NCBI GenBank assembly: GCA_947174305.1
Contig: CAMWIH010000001.1
Location: 23,999-87,998 of the forward strand
Length of the DNA stretch: 64,000 nucleotides
DNA from: an uncultured Porphyromonadaceae bacterium
Lineage (GTDB): Bacteria; Bacteroidota; Bacteroidia; Bacteroidales; Muribaculaceae
Direction of reading: 5' to 3'
Positions 16,596 through 27,454 of this stretch are shown here, piece by piece (positions within the stretch are counted from its first letter, which is position 1; each line of letters opens with the position of its first letter). The notes beneath the pieces are model-generated. The model worked only from the letters and a program-made list of their open reading frames with translations, searched no databases and was not told the origin of the DNA. Both the position numbers and the translations under genes were made by a program.

Positions 16596-18326
16596 TTATT
16601 CTGTCAGGTTATCCTCATCGGAGCGATATTTCTTTTTTCGGGAACGCATCGGCACATCTGAAATCACGTAAGCCCTGTCGGCTGAGATTTTGGGTCCTTG
16701 CGGCTTCACGCTCACTGCTTCACGCTTCCTTCCGAATTTGCGATCTGCGCCCGGTTTGCCGTCACCGCTGAATTTGCGATCGCTTCCGAATTTGCGGTCA
16801 CCCTCAAATTTACGTTTTGGCTCAGATTTACGGTCGCCTCCGAAAGAGCGTGATTCTTTACGGCTATCGTTTTTACGTGAGAAATCACGATCACTTTTAC
16901 GAGAGAAATCGCGTTCGTTAAATCCATCCATTTCAACTCCGGTGTCGAAATTTTTGCGGTCAGACCTTACAGGCTTGTTTTTCTTATCGAAACGTCGGTC
17001 AGAACTGAAACCACCCTTACCGCCTTTGGCACCCTTACCCCCTTTTGCGGGCCTTTCCTTGCCGTGTCCGAATTTACGGGTCTCCGCTTTCCATTCGTCA
17101 TCGGAAAGATGGCGCATCTTGCGGGGCCGGCGTTCATCTGCTTCTTCATCGTCATAATGGCTCACTTTGCCACCTTCGGCGCGAAAATCGGAATATGAAC
17201 CATCGAAGAGCACATATTCACGGAGCGAACATTCAAGATTTCCGTTTAGCAATGGAATCTTCATCGAAGGTTTGAGACCGATATTGGCAAAATCCTCGTC
17301 GTTCATGCCGATTATCCACGCGTGATAGCCGGGGAAATTCTTTTTAAGGCAACTGCCGATTCCCTTATAGAGTTCGGTCATATCGTCGGGCTTTAGACGT
17401 GCACCGTAAGGAGGATTCATTACGATGATACCATCTTCAGGATTTTCAATCCAGTCGCTCATCGGACGGCAGGACAGCTCAATCATATCGTCAAGCTTGG
17501 CCATCTTCACGTTCTTGCGCGCAATGGCCACCGCTTCCGGGTCTATGTCGCCGCCATATATCTTGAAGTCGAAATCACGCTCTGCGCTGTCGTCGTTATA
17601 AAGCTCTTCAAATAGCTCCTTATCGAAGTCGGCCCATTTCTCAAAAGCGAAGTTTTCACGATATATGCCCGGGTTGATATTTGCCGCAATCAAGGCCGCC
17701 TCTATGAGGAAGGTTCCCGATCCGCACATCGGATCCACGAAATTGCAATCTCCCCTCCAGCCGGTCTTCATTATTATTCCGGCGGCCAGGACTTCATTGA
17801 TGGGAGCCTCGGTCTGAGCCACACGGTAGCCTCGTTTTGAAAGGGGTTCGCCACTCGAATCGAGCGATATCGTGACACGGTCTTCAAAGATATGCACATT
17901 CAGCATAAGGTCGGCACCGGCAACCCTGATGGAGGGACGTTCGCCGGTCAGGTCGCGGAAATGATCCACGATGCCATCCTTCACACGGTAGGTCACAAAC
18001 TTTGAATGAGTGAATTCATCACTATTGACCGTGGAGTCGATTGAGAAAGTCGTTTGTGGCGACATATATTTCTCCCAAGGTATATCCCTTACTATATCAT
18101 AAAGCTCATCCGGGTCGTGAGCTGTGAATTTTTCAATAGGTTTAAGAATCCTTAGAGCCGTGCGGCAGCAGAGATTAGCTTTATACATGAGGGCGAGATC
18201 ACCTTCGAAGCTAACCATGCGGCGGCCCATCTCCACATTCTCCGCACCTAAGGAGATGAGCTCGTCGCGGAGCACATCTTCAAGGCCCTGGAAGGTCTTG
18301 GCCACCATTGAAAATTTATTTTCCAT
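16596..18326 (-). CDS. THUMP-domain rRNA m2G methyltransferase (RlmL-like) with long charged C-terminal tail
   Basis: KTFQGLE, DSSGEPLSKRGYR, DPMCGSGTFLIEAA and NPPYG; the last ~190 aa are low complexity. Confidence 0.88.
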   Translation of the reverse strand: MENKFSMVAKTFQGLEDVLRDELISLGAENVEMGRRMVSFEGDLALMYKANLCCRTALRILKPIEKFTAHDPDELYDIVRDIPWEKYMSPQTTFSIDSTVNSDEFTHSKFVTYRVKDGIVDHFRDLTGERPSIRVAGADLMLNVHIFEDRVTISLDSSGEPLSKRGYRVAQTEAPINEVLAAGIIMKTGWRGDCNFVDPMCGSGTFLIEAALIAANINPGIYRENFAFEKWADFDKELFEELYNDDSAERDFDFKIYGGDIDPEAVAIARKNVKMAKLDDMIELSCRPMSDWIENPEDGIIVMNPPYGARLKPDDMTELYKGIGSCLKKNFPGYHAWIIGMNDEDFANIGLKPSMKIPLLNGNLECSLREYVLFDGSYSDFRAEGGKVSHYDDEEADERRPRKMRHLSDDEWKAETRKFGHGKERPAKGGKGAKGGKGGFSSDRRFDKKNKPVRSDRKNFDTGVEMDGFNERDFSRKSDRDFSRKNDSRKESRSFGGDRKSEPKRKFEGDRKFGSDRKFSGDGKPGADRKFGRKREAVSVKPQGPKISADRAYVISDVPMRSRKKKYRSDEDNLTE

Positions 18327-18390
18327 TAATGCTTATACTGGTGTTTGTAGGTTGTAGTAGCTCTTAATATCAGAATTTTACCACATTTTA

Positions 18391-19785
18391 TCAGAATGTT
18401 ATCACGTTCTCTCCTCCCGAATGAGATGATGCAGAGCTACCCGGCTTGGAGCTGGTTCTCTGTTCAGGTTTCGGTTCAGGCATCACGGTTGCCTCACTGA
18501 GCTTCTTGAGGGTCTCGTTGAAGTTGGATGGACGATTATAGGCCGGGGTGCGTTCGAGACGTGCAATGATTTCGTAATCATCGAACATTGAAGGCGTAAG
18601 CACGGCATAGCGACGCTTGTCGGCCTCGCGCTCCTGCTGAATTAGACGGTCGCCTCCATAGTATTCCTCTATGGCCACGCGGGTCTCCTGTTTCTGGGCC
18701 TGTGCCTTCTTGTCGTCTTCACTGTTGTTGCCCATCACTATTATCTTCCCTTTTCCACTGGGGGCATCCTCCTCGCCATCACGAAGCGTGACATCGAATC
18801 CGGAAGCAAGAACGGTGATTTTGACCTTGTCGCCAAGCGACGGGTCATCTCCGATACCCCATTTCACATCAATGCTCGAAGGAAGCTTGTCGGTGAATTG
18901 CCTGATCTCGGAAATCTCTTCCGTGCGTAGCGGATTGGGAGAATCCTTCCAGCACATGAACTTGAAGAGGAGACGCTTGGAGCTGTAGATGTCATGGGTT
19001 TTGAGGAGCGGAGAGTGGAGGGCGTTTTGGATTGCATTTGATATGCGGTGTTCTCCCTCGCCGTATGCTGTTGATATGATAGCCGTGCCGGAATCCTTGA
19101 GCGTGGTTTTCACATCGTTGAAATCGACGTTGATGTAGCAAGGGTCGGAGATGATTTCAGAAATGGAGCGAGCCGCATTGGCAAGCGTATCGTCCGCTTT
19201 TCCGAAAGCATTGAAGAAGTTGAGATCCTTATAGAGTTCCACAAGGTTCTCATTATTGATCACCAGGAGGGCATCCACATGCTTCTTCATCTCCTTTGCA
19301 CCTTCAAGAGCCTTCAGGATCTTCTTCTCTCCTTCAAACAGGAAAGGCACGGTGACGATTCCGATTGTCAACATTCCGGAATCTTTTGCAATCCTGGCTA
19401 TGATTGGGCTGGCACCAGTTCCTGTGCCGCCTCCCATTCCGGCCGTGATGAACACCATCTCGGTCTTGTCGGTGAAGAGTTCGGCAATCTTATCCTGATA
19501 TTCTTCAGCATATTGGCGGCCCACTTCGGGTTTGTTGCCCGCTCCGCGACCGGGTCCGAGAAGAATTTTGTTAGGCACGGGCGACATCTCCAGACTCTGT
19601 TTGTCGGTGTTGCAGACAACAAAGTTGATGTGAGGAATCTTTAGGCTGTACATATAGCTGACGGCATTGCAGCCACCGCCACCCACGCCCACCACCTTTA
19701 TTATGGCGTCGTTTCTTTCCTCTGCAAAGCCGGATGTGTCGTTGATATCGCGGATATCTATATCTGGTGTGAAGTCTTCTGTCAT
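18391..19785 (-). CDS. ftsZ: Cell division protein FtsZ
   Basis: GVGGGGCNAV, the GMGGGTGTGA tubulin signature, PFLFEG and INVDFNDV. Confidence 0.96.
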   Translation of the reverse strand: MTEDFTPDIDIRDINDTSGFAEERNDAIIKVVGVGGGGCNAVSYMYSLKIPHINFVVCNTDKQSLEMSPVPNKILLGPGRGAGNKPEVGRQYAEEYQDKIAELFTDKTEMVFITAGMGGGTGTGASPIIARIAKDSGMLTIGIVTVPFLFEGEKKILKALEGAKEMKKHVDALLVINNENLVELYKDLNFFNAFGKADDTLANAARSISEIISDPCYINVDFNDVKTTLKDSGTAIISTAYGEGEHRISNAIQNALHSPLLKTHDIYSSKRLLFKFMCWKDSPNPLRTEEISEIRQFTDKLPSSIDVKWGIGDDPSLGDKVKITVLASGFDVTLRDGEEDAPSGKGKIIVMGNNSEDDKKAQAQKQETRVAIEEYYGGDRLIQQEREADKRRYAVLTPSMFDDYEIIARLERTPAYNRPSNFNETLKKLSEATVMPEPKPEQRTSSKPGSSASSHSGGENVITF

Positions 19786-19809
19786 TTTTGTTGGAGATGA
19801 GTAGGTGAA

Positions 19810-21159
19810 TTATTCGATGATATCGTCGTCATCATCTTCGTTACCTGTGAAGAATGAGGAGAGCTTGTTGCTCCATTTGTCAAGTATGGAGGGTCCCTTC
19901 TTCTTGGGCTTCTTTTCGGGCTTGCGTTTGCGGCGGCTATCCTCTTCCTCAACCGGTATTTCGTCGGGATGAGGCTGACCGTTTTCAGGTAAGTCCTGAC
20001 GTTGCGGAATGATGAGACATTCAGCGTTATTGTTTGTGGCGCCGGTGTAAAGCACACTGGCGACTTCTATGATTTCAAGTGCAGGGGCCTTGCTGTTGTC
20101 TTCAATGCGTATATAGCTTGGCAACTGGCCTCGGCGAACAGATAGTTTGCTCTTCTCTCCAAGGAGTTCGAGCATTCCCCTGAGTTGGGAACCACCTCCG
20201 ATGCAGATGATTCCTCCCGGGATATCCTTCTCCTTCAAGTCGGCGTATGCTATCTGCTCTATGATATTGGCTACAATCTCTTCGGCTCTTGCCACCACCA
20301 TATTGGAGACATCGGTCATTTTCACGCCGTTCATGTTGAGCGACGATACGGAGTCGCGGGCAATGGCATCTCCTGAAGTCCTCTTCAGGTCTTCCGCCTT
20401 GTCTTCAAGGATGTGTAGTGATGTTATGTCTCGGGTGATGTTGCGTCCTCCTAACGGGAGAGTTGCGAAATACCTGAGATGACCGCCCCTGTAGATGGTC
20501 ACTGTTGTTGTCTCTGCGCCCATATCCACAAGCATGCATCCGAGATTTTTCTCATCCGAACGGAGAATAAGCTGTCCGGTGCAGAGGGCAGTCACCATGG
20601 CACCGTTTATCTTTATTCCCAGTTTATCGTGGAGAGTCCGCACGAGATTGCGTTTCAATTCCGGACGGCAGACAATAAGGTCGTAGGTTCCTTTGATGCT
20701 GTTGCCTATCATCCCTTTCGGGGATGTGGTTTCAGTTTTTCCTACCTTGAATATACGCGGAATTGCATCGACCACTTCGAGGGAATTGTCGATAGCCGAT
20801 TTGAGTGCCTGTGCCCTCAATCCGGCTATTATGTCTTGAGTGATTTCTGTATCGTCGGGAAGATTCTTGCTCACTTCTGTTGCCAGAGATCGCATGGAGC
20901 GACCTGAAAGGCCGATATATACGCCTGTTATTTGCCTTGGTTGCACTGCGGCGCGGCGTTGCAGTTTGGTGAGCAGATGCTGAATGCGGAGCGAGGTGTC
21001 CTCGAGATTCTGGATCACTCCATATCTCACGCCCTCAACCCCGTGATCCTGTTCGCACGCAATTATGTCGAGCTGGTTGGTGGGTCGCAATTTCCCTACG
21101 ACCCCTATTATCTTCGAACTGCTTATCTCAATCGCAGCGACATATCTATCTTCACTCAT
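19810..21159 (-). CDS. ftsA: Cell division protein FtsA
   Basis: Actin-like IEISSSKI, VDMGAETT, GGRNITRDI and IGGGSQL motifs; lies upstream of ftsZ. Confidence 0.92.
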   Translation of the reverse strand: MSEDRYVAAIEISSSKIIGVVGKLRPTNQLDIIACEQDHGVEGVRYGVIQNLEDTSLRIQHLLTKLQRRAAVQPRQITGVYIGLSGRSMRSLATEVSKNLPDDTEITQDIIAGLRAQALKSAIDNSLEVVDAIPRIFKVGKTETTSPKGMIGNSIKGTYDLIVCRPELKRNLVRTLHDKLGIKINGAMVTALCTGQLILRSDEKNLGCMLVDMGAETTTVTIYRGGHLRYFATLPLGGRNITRDITSLHILEDKAEDLKRTSGDAIARDSVSSLNMNGVKMTDVSNMVVARAEEIVANIIEQIAYADLKEKDIPGGIICIGGGSQLRGMLELLGEKSKLSVRRGQLPSYIRIEDNSKAPALEIIEVASVLYTGATNNNAECLIIPQRQDLPENGQPHPDEIPVEEEDSRRKRKPEKKPKKKGPSILDKWSNKLSSFFTGNEDDDDDIIE

Positions 21160-21166
21160 ATCCTCT

Positions 21167-22021
21167 CTATTCTTCTGTTTTTGCTATATCCGCTTCCGTG
21201 GATGCGATGTGGTCTCCCAATGTTGTTTCGTCAGGATCAATCTCTTCATTCTCCTCAATGGGAGCGGGAGCCACCGGTTTGACGCGTCGTGTGGCAACCA
21301 CCTGATCGCGGAATTTTACCGATATCGTGTCATACTCCTCCCATCCTTTATAAGGCATCACCTTCTTGTAGAAGAGCTGCAGGGCCTCTTTCTTCTCCTG
21401 CAAGCGTGTGGTGTCTCCGAAATTGACCACGTGGCCCAACATCCTCGGCACGAGCAGCAGGTTATTGGGGTCGCGGGCCTCAACCATGGCCACCAGTTCA
21501 CGGAGCATCGGATCCTTATCTATATATTTCACCAGAGGCAACACCGCTTTGGGTTGGAAGTTTGAATTGAAATTTCCTGTCACCACCGGAGCATGTGTAT
21601 AAAATTCGGCTTTAGAGTCGATCTGTTTGCCATCCTTATTGATATAATAGGATTGATTCCCTATGAATACCCTCATCACGGGAACTAAGGGCACAATCTC
21701 TATCTTCAGTCTTCCTCCCGATGAAATCATGCAGTTCACACTCTCGAAAGTGTTAAGGTCGGTGAGGTATTTTTCAATAGCGGTGGTGTTTATCTCATTA
21801 AGCCTTGCCCCTTTTATACGGTGAGGGTATTTGGCGAGTTCCTTGGCCACACCGCGCACCACGATGGTGTCCATGTTGCGGTTACCCTTAACCTCTATGT
21901 CGATACCTTCGCACACATGACGGTCCGCCTCCCCCTTTGCCCATACGCTCATAGTGATACAATAGGCGAAGAGGAGCAGCAGAATGCTCCATTTCATTAT
22001 GGTTTTTCCCGTCGCTGTCAT
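21167..22021 (-). CDS. ftsQ: Cell division protein FtsQ/DivIB
   Basis: N-terminal TM helix, POTRA-like region and ISVKFRDQVV; between murC and ftsA. Confidence 0.82.
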   Translation of the reverse strand: MTATGKTIMKWSILLLLFAYCITMSVWAKGEADRHVCEGIDIEVKGNRNMDTIVVRGVAKELAKYPHRIKGARLNEINTTAIEKYLTDLNTFESVNCMISSGGRLKIEIVPLVPVMRVFIGNQSYYINKDGKQIDSKAEFYTHAPVVTGNFNSNFQPKAVLPLVKYIDKDPMLRELVAMVEARDPNNLLLVPRMLGHVVNFGDTTRLQEKKEALQLFYKKVMPYKGWEEYDTISVKFRDQVVATRRVKPVAPAPIEENEEIDPDETTLGDHIASTEADIAKTEE

Positions 22022-23457
22022 TATCTGTTTTCGAGAATCTTCCTGATATCGGGGAGTAGTCGGTCAATGTCGGCGGCTCCTAACGTCATTAAGATTTCAA
22101 AATTACTATTTTTTATCAGATTCAACAAATCTTTTCTCTCGCAAAATCTTTTTTCTTTGCTTTTTACGTTGTCAAGGATGATTGAGGAGGTTATTCCTTC
22201 GATTGGAAGTTCGCGTGCCGGATAAATCTCCGGCATTATCACTTCGTCGGCATTTGAGAGGGCTTCTGCAAATTCCTGAGCAAAGTCGCGCGTTCGTGTG
22301 TAGAGGTGAGGCTGGAAGATTACGCTCAGTTTTTTTCCCGGATAAAGTTTTTTAACCGAGGCTATCGAAGCCTTCACTTCGTTGGGGGAATGGGCGTAAT
22401 CATCAATTAGCACCGCGCCGTTCTCCTTTTCATTTCCATCGAGATAAATTTCGAAACGACGTCGTGCACCCCTGAAAGATTTCAATCCCTCCTTCACCTC
22501 TTGGGGTGTGGCTCCGGCATGCAATGAAGCGGCGGCCGCTGCCACAGCGTTGTCTATGTTGATCTCGACCGGCACTCCGGGCTCTATGTCGTTGATGCGT
22601 ATGCCCGGACCTATAAGGTCGAAGGTTATCTTTCCGTTGCCGTAACGTATGTTTTCAGTGTGCCAGTCTCCCTCCGCTCCTCCGCTGTAGGTCTCCACGG
22701 TCACACCCGGTTTCACATCCGGTTTATACTCAAGTCCGGTATGGGTTATCAGTGTTCCCCCTTCCCGGATGAGGGAGGTGAATATGGAGAAGGCCTCAAG
22801 GTAGTGTTCCTTGTCGCCGTAAATGTCGAGATGGTCAGGATCTGTGGAGGTGACGACTGCAATCTGAGGGCTTAGATGATGGAATGAGCGGTCATATTCA
22901 TCTGCCTCGATAACACTAAGTGCGGAGGTTTCGTCGAGCACGAGATTGCTTCCCGTGTTCCGCAGTATCCCACCGAGAAAAGCTGTGCAGCCTTTATGGG
23001 AATTTCTGAGGATATTGGCAGTCATGGAGCAGGTGGTGGTCTTGCCGTGGCTTCCGGCTACGCATATAGCCTCTGTGTGTCGCGTGATTTTACCGAGGAG
23101 TGCGGCGCGTTTTATGACCTCAAATCCATTATTACGGAACCAGCTCAGTATCCGGTTGTCATCAGGCACAGCGGGGGTATATACGACCAGCGTATCTTCA
23201 GGATTGCGAAATTCCTGCCCTATCTCCTCTTCCGAATCGGTGAAGGTGAGTCGGGCACCCTCTTTCTCAAGAGCTGTGGTCAGTTCGGAAGGGGTGCGGT
23301 CGTAGCCTCCCACAATGGCTCCGTGACGGAGATAATATCTCACGAGGTTGGCCATCCCTATTCCTCCGGCACCGACGAAAAAGAGGCTCGTCTGCTTTTT
23401 CCTTTCCGGATTATTCAATCTGTCTTTATCCTCAGTGTTATTCAGTCCTTTTTCCAT
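22021..23457 (-). CDS. murC: UDP-N-acetylmuramate--L-alanine ligase
   Basis: GAGGIGM, GSHGKTTT, EADEYD, DHLDIY, DDYAHSP and FQPHLYTRT. Confidence 0.95.
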   Translation of the reverse strand: MEKGLNNTEDKDRLNNPERKKQTSLFFVGAGGIGMANLVRYYLRHGAIVGGYDRTPSELTTALEKEGARLTFTDSEEEIGQEFRNPEDTLVVYTPAVPDDNRILSWFRNNGFEVIKRAALLGKITRHTEAICVAGSHGKTTTCSMTANILRNSHKGCTAFLGGILRNTGSNLVLDETSALSVIEADEYDRSFHHLSPQIAVVTSTDPDHLDIYGDKEHYLEAFSIFTSLIREGGTLITHTGLEYKPDVKPGVTVETYSGGAEGDWHTENIRYGNGKITFDLIGPGIRINDIEPGVPVEINIDNAVAAAAASLHAGATPQEVKEGLKSFRGARRRFEIYLDGNEKENGAVLIDDYAHSPNEVKASIASVKKLYPGKKLSVIFQPHLYTRTRDFAQEFAEALSNADEVIMPEIYPARELPIEGITSSIILDNVKSKEKRFCERKDLLNLIKNSNFEILMTLGAADIDRLLPDIRKILENR

Positions 23458-23478
23458 CTTCTCGGAATTTTCTAAAGA

Positions 23479-24585
23479 TTACATCTGTTGTGCCTTCAGT
23501 ATAGAGATTATCTCATTCACAATTGTCTCATCGCTATCGAGCAGGGCCATTTGGGATATGTTGTGACCCATTGTTTGAAGACGTTCCTTATCAGAAATGA
23601 GGGAGAGAACTGTATCAACAAGTTTCGCGGGCGCTTCGGCATCTGTCACCATCACAGCCGCGTCGTGATTGACCAGGGCGAGCGCATTTTTTGTCTGATG
23701 GTCTTCGGCCACATTTGGCGAAGGCACAAGGAGACACGGTTTGCCGAGATTCTGAAGCTCACTTATCGAGCTTGCTCCGGCACGCGACACCACCAGGTCG
23801 GCAGCCGCATAAGCAGAGGCCATATCCGAGATGAATTGTGTCACCACGACCCCCTTCAATCCTTTCGCGGATTTCGGTCCGCGGTCGCCGAAATTCTTTC
23901 CCGTCTGCCATATCACCTGTATGCCGCGGTCGGCAAATTCCTTAATCCTTGCCTCCATGCTTTCGTTGAGAGTGCGGGCGCCTAAGCTTCCTCCCACCAC
24001 AAGCACTGTGGGACGCTCTGCGGCCAATCCGAAACTTTCGCGAGCTTTCCCCTTCTCTTTCTTCGCTTCGAGGAGGTCTTTCCTTACGGGATTGCCTGTC
24101 AGCACAATCTTCTCGGCGGGAAAGAACCGTTCCATCCCTTCGTAGGCCACGCATATTTTCTCGGCTTTTGTGGCAAGGAGTTTGTTGGTCACGCCGGCGT
24201 ATGAGTTCTGCTCCTGAAGAAGTGTAGGCACACCGGCCTTCTGGGCGGCCTTCAATGTCGGCCCCGATGCATAGCCTCCCACTCCTATGGCGATATCGGG
24301 TTTGAAATCCTTCACAATCTTACGTGCCTTGCGTATGCTCTTCCATAGCTTCATCAGCACGGGTACATTCTTGAAGAGATTCCTGCGGTTGAACCCGGCT
24401 ACCGGGAGCCCCGTTATCTCATAACCTGCGGCCGGGACCTTCTCCATCTCCATCCTGTTGTCGGCACCGACAAAAAGGATGTTGCAGTCTAATCTACGTT
24501 TCAGTGCGTTTGCAATAGAGAGGGCCGGGAAGATATGTCCTCCCGTGCCGCCGCCACTTATCAATATGTTATATTTTTCAGCCAT
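23479..24585 (-). CDS. murG: Lipid II GlcNAc transferase
   Basis: GGGTGGHIFPA, GGYASGP, EQNS, GGSLGA, SRAGA and DHQTKNA. Confidence 0.96.
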   Translation of the reverse strand: MAEKYNILISGGGTGGHIFPALSIANALKRRLDCNILFVGADNRMEMEKVPAAGYEITGLPVAGFNRRNLFKNVPVLMKLWKSIRKARKIVKDFKPDIAIGVGGYASGPTLKAAQKAGVPTLLQEQNSYAGVTNKLLATKAEKICVAYEGMERFFPAEKIVLTGNPVRKDLLEAKKEKGKARESFGLAAERPTVLVVGGSLGARTLNESMEARIKEFADRGIQVIWQTGKNFGDRGPKSAKGLKGVVVTQFISDMASAYAAADLVVSRAGASSISELQNLGKPCLLVPSPNVAEDHQTKNALALVNHDAAVMVTDAEAPAKLVDTVLSLISDKERLQTMGHNISQMALLDSDETIVNEIISILKAQQM

Positions 24586-25990
24586 TGTTAGTATAATTGC
24601 TTATGTTGGCTGCCTGAAGGTCTTCCGGAAGCGCCTTCATTTCAGCCTTTATTTCCTGTTTGTTACCGCTTGTCACCGCATACCGGCTCACCGACAGCAT
24701 CATCCCTATTGCCGCCGACATCACCAGTATCGACGTTCCTCCTTTCGATATGAAAGGCAACGGTTGGCCCGATACGGGGAAGAGTCCTGTCACGATTGCC
24801 ATGTGAACCAGGGCCTGGAACACTATCAGCACCGCGCATCCCATTATGAGGAACGCTGGGAAGGCACGGGAACATTTATATGCCACACGTCCGGCGCGTG
24901 CCACAAGCAAAAGATAGAGGAGCAACAGACAGCATCCTCCCACAAATCCTGTATCCTCTATTATGATGGAGAAGATATAGTCTGAGAATGCCAGAGGAAG
25001 CCGGGCGCTTTCGCGTGAGTTTCCGGGTCCCTGACCGAGCACTCCTCCGTGGGCTTGCGCGAAATTGGAGAACACCACCTGACGGTTCATATCGTCGATA
25101 GGGTCGTCGGGGCTCGTGCCCTCGAGCCAGCGCGAGAGTCGTCCTTTATGTGTGTCGGCGCGTCCTCCCCCTTTCTCGCTTGAAGTGGTGGCTCCGGCTA
25201 TCATCTGTTCCTTCTTAACCTCGTCGAATTGCGATGTGTCGGGACGCATATATTTAACCATCATGAGCGCACCGGCACAAACCATATACACCAGCATCAC
25301 GATGCCGAATTTCCTCCATTGGATGCCTCCGATGAGGAACATGCTGATGCTCACGCCCATAAGGAGAATCATATTGGTTAGACCGTTTCTCCATAACAGG
25401 GCACCGAACACCACAACCACTATGGCACACTGTATCACGCCACTGTTCGTCACTCCGCCCGGAGCCTGGTTCTTTGAAAGGATGGCTGCCAATAGAAGCA
25501 CGGCAGCCAGCTTGATCATCTCGGCAGGCTGAATGGTCATTCCTGCAATGCGAATTGCACGTTGGGCTCCGTTGATCTCAACGCCCATGACCGACGACAG
25601 CACCAGGAGTCCCAAAGAGAATATGGCCACTATCCAGGCCATTCGGCGCAGCACCACATAGTGTGTCTTCTGAAGTCCGAGAACTATACCCACACCGATC
25701 ACCAGGAATATGCCGTGACGAATCAGGGGGCTATAGACGTTCGACGCAGAAACCTCGGAACTGGAAGCACTGAAAAGTTCCACCACGCTTATGAGGAGGA
25801 ACATTATGTAGATGCCCCAGATATAATGGTCGGGCTTTGAGGGCTTGGTTGCCTTCTTGGCCCTTTCAGCCGCGGCCGCAACAGCCGCGACGGCGCTTTC
25901 AGCCGGTGAGCTTTTCCCTGTCACCACTGTCTGGCCGTCTATGGTCTCACGGATGTCAAGTCCGGAGTAATTGTTTTGTGTGTCGCTCAT
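24578..25990 (-). CDS. ftsW: SEDS family peptidoglycan polymerase FtsW
   Basis: GAQRAI, QPAEMIK, GQGPGNS, SDYIFSIIIE, PVSGQPLPFISKGGTS; multiple TM helices. Confidence 0.9.
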   Translation of the reverse strand: MSDTQNNYSGLDIRETIDGQTVVTGKSSPAESAVAAVAAAAERAKKATKPSKPDHYIWGIYIMFLLISVVELFSASSSEVSASNVYSPLIRHGIFLVIGVGIVLGLQKTHYVVLRRMAWIVAIFSLGLLVLSSVMGVEINGAQRAIRIAGMTIQPAEMIKLAAVLLLAAILSKNQAPGGVTNSGVIQCAIVVVVFGALLWRNGLTNMILLMGVSISMFLIGGIQWRKFGIVMLVYMVCAGALMMVKYMRPDTSQFDEVKKEQMIAGATTSSEKGGGRADTHKGRLSRWLEGTSPDDPIDDMNRQVVFSNFAQAHGGVLGQGPGNSRESARLPLAFSDYIFSIIIEDTGFVGGCCLLLLYLLLVARAGRVAYKCSRAFPAFLIMGCAVLIVFQALVHMAIVTGLFPVSGQPLPFISKGGTSILVMSAAIGMMLSVSRYAVTSGNKQEIKAEMKALPEDLQAANISNYTNNG

Positions 25991-26043
25991 ATATTATAAG
26001 TGGCTCTATTTGATTATATGAAGTGATATATATTTTTATTTGG

Positions 26044-27384
26044 TCAGGATAATTTCTTCACCTCAGCCTTGAATTTCTCTCCTCGGTCTTCATAACTATT
26101 GAAAAGGTCGAAGCTGGCGCAACAGGGGGAGAGAAGCACGGTGTCACCGTTTTCGGCAAGGCGCGCACATTCCTTCACCGCTTCCTCTATGGAATGAGTG
26201 TCGGCGATAAGACCCACTTTTCCGGTGAAGAAGTCGAGAAGTTTCCTGTTGTCTTTTCCCATGCATACGATGGCTTTCACCTTCTCCTTCACCAACTCCT
26301 CTATTTCAGTGTAATCGTTACCCTTATCTTTCCCTCCGAGGATGAGGATGGTGGGAGTGGTCATGCTCTCGAGAGCATACCAGGTGGAATTTACGTTTGT
26401 GGCTTTGGAGTCGTTGACATATTTAACCCCATCAACGGTAGCCACATATTCCAGACGGTGTTCCACGGCTTCGAAATCCTCAAGGGCGCTTCTGATCTTG
26501 TCGTCCTTTATATTGAGGATTGACGCCGAAAGTCCCGCGGCCATTGAGTTATAGAGATTATGAAGTCCGCGCAGGGCGAGTTTGTCGCGGGGAATCTCCC
26601 ATACCTCATTAGGCCCGATGAATCTCACGATGCCGTTTTCCACGTATGCCTTGCTATCCTCCTGCTTAAATTCGCTGAAGGGCATAAGCATAGCCTCGGT
26701 CTGTATGCGGCGTATCTGTTCCGTCACGATGGGATCGTCTTGCCAATAGATGAAATAATCATCTGATGTCTGGTTCTGGAGGATACGGAATTTGGCGTTC
26801 ACATAGTTTTCCATTTTATGGTCGTAACGATCCATGTGATCGGGTGTGATGTTCATTATCACCGCTATGTCAGCCTTGAAGTCATACATATTCTCGAGCT
26901 GGAAGCTTGAAAGCTCTATCACATAGTAATCGTGATGTTCGCGTGCCACCTGCAAAGCAAGGCTCTTCCCTACATTCCCCGCAAGGCCTACATTGAGCCC
27001 TGCCTTCTTGAGGATATGATAGGTAAGGAGGGTTGTTGTGGTCTTGCCATTGGAGCCTGTGATGCAGACCATCTTGGCGTCGGTATATCGTCCGGCAAAT
27101 TCAATTTCCGAAAGCACCGGTATCCCTTTTGCCGAGATTTTCTCCACCATCGGTGCGTATGGAGGTATGCCGGGGCTCTTCACCACGATATCTGCATCGA
27201 GGATACGGCTTTCAGTGTGCTGTCCCTCTTCAAACTCGATACCCTCTTCAACAAGCACCGACTTATATTTCTCAGCTATATTTCCCATATCGCTCAGGAA
27301 GACCTCCATCCCCTTCTCTTTTCCAAGGATGGCCGCGCCTACACCGCTTTCACCTCCTCCGAGCACTACTAATTTATCCATCAT
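26044..27384 (-). CDS. murD: UDP-MurNAc-Ala--D-Glu ligase
   Basis: GGGESG, TGSNGKTTT, ELSSFQL, HRLE, NDSKATN and LSPCCASFD. The start may be 27381. Confidence 0.96.
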   Translation of the reverse strand: MMDKLVVLGGGESGVGAAILGKEKGMEVFLSDMGNIAEKYKSVLVEEGIEFEEGQHTESRILDADIVVKSPGIPPYAPMVEKISAKGIPVLSEIEFAGRYTDAKMVCITGSNGKTTTTLLTYHILKKAGLNVGLAGNVGKSLALQVAREHHDYYVIELSSFQLENMYDFKADIAVIMNITPDHMDRYDHKMENYVNAKFRILQNQTSDDYFIYWQDDPIVTEQIRRIQTEAMLMPFSEFKQEDSKAYVENGIVRFIGPNEVWEIPRDKLALRGLHNLYNSMAAGLSASILNIKDDKIRSALEDFEAVEHRLEYVATVDGVKYVNDSKATNVNSTWYALESMTTPTILILGGKDKGNDYTEIEELVKEKVKAIVCMGKDNRKLLDFFTGKVGLIADTHSIEEAVKECARLAENGDTVLLSPCCASFDLFNSYEDRGEKFKAEVKKLS

Positions 27385-27454
27385 TAATGTCGTTATTCTG
27401 TTTTTATCCTATCTTCAATCTGCCAGAGAATCTATCGTCAGAGTAAAGAATGAT

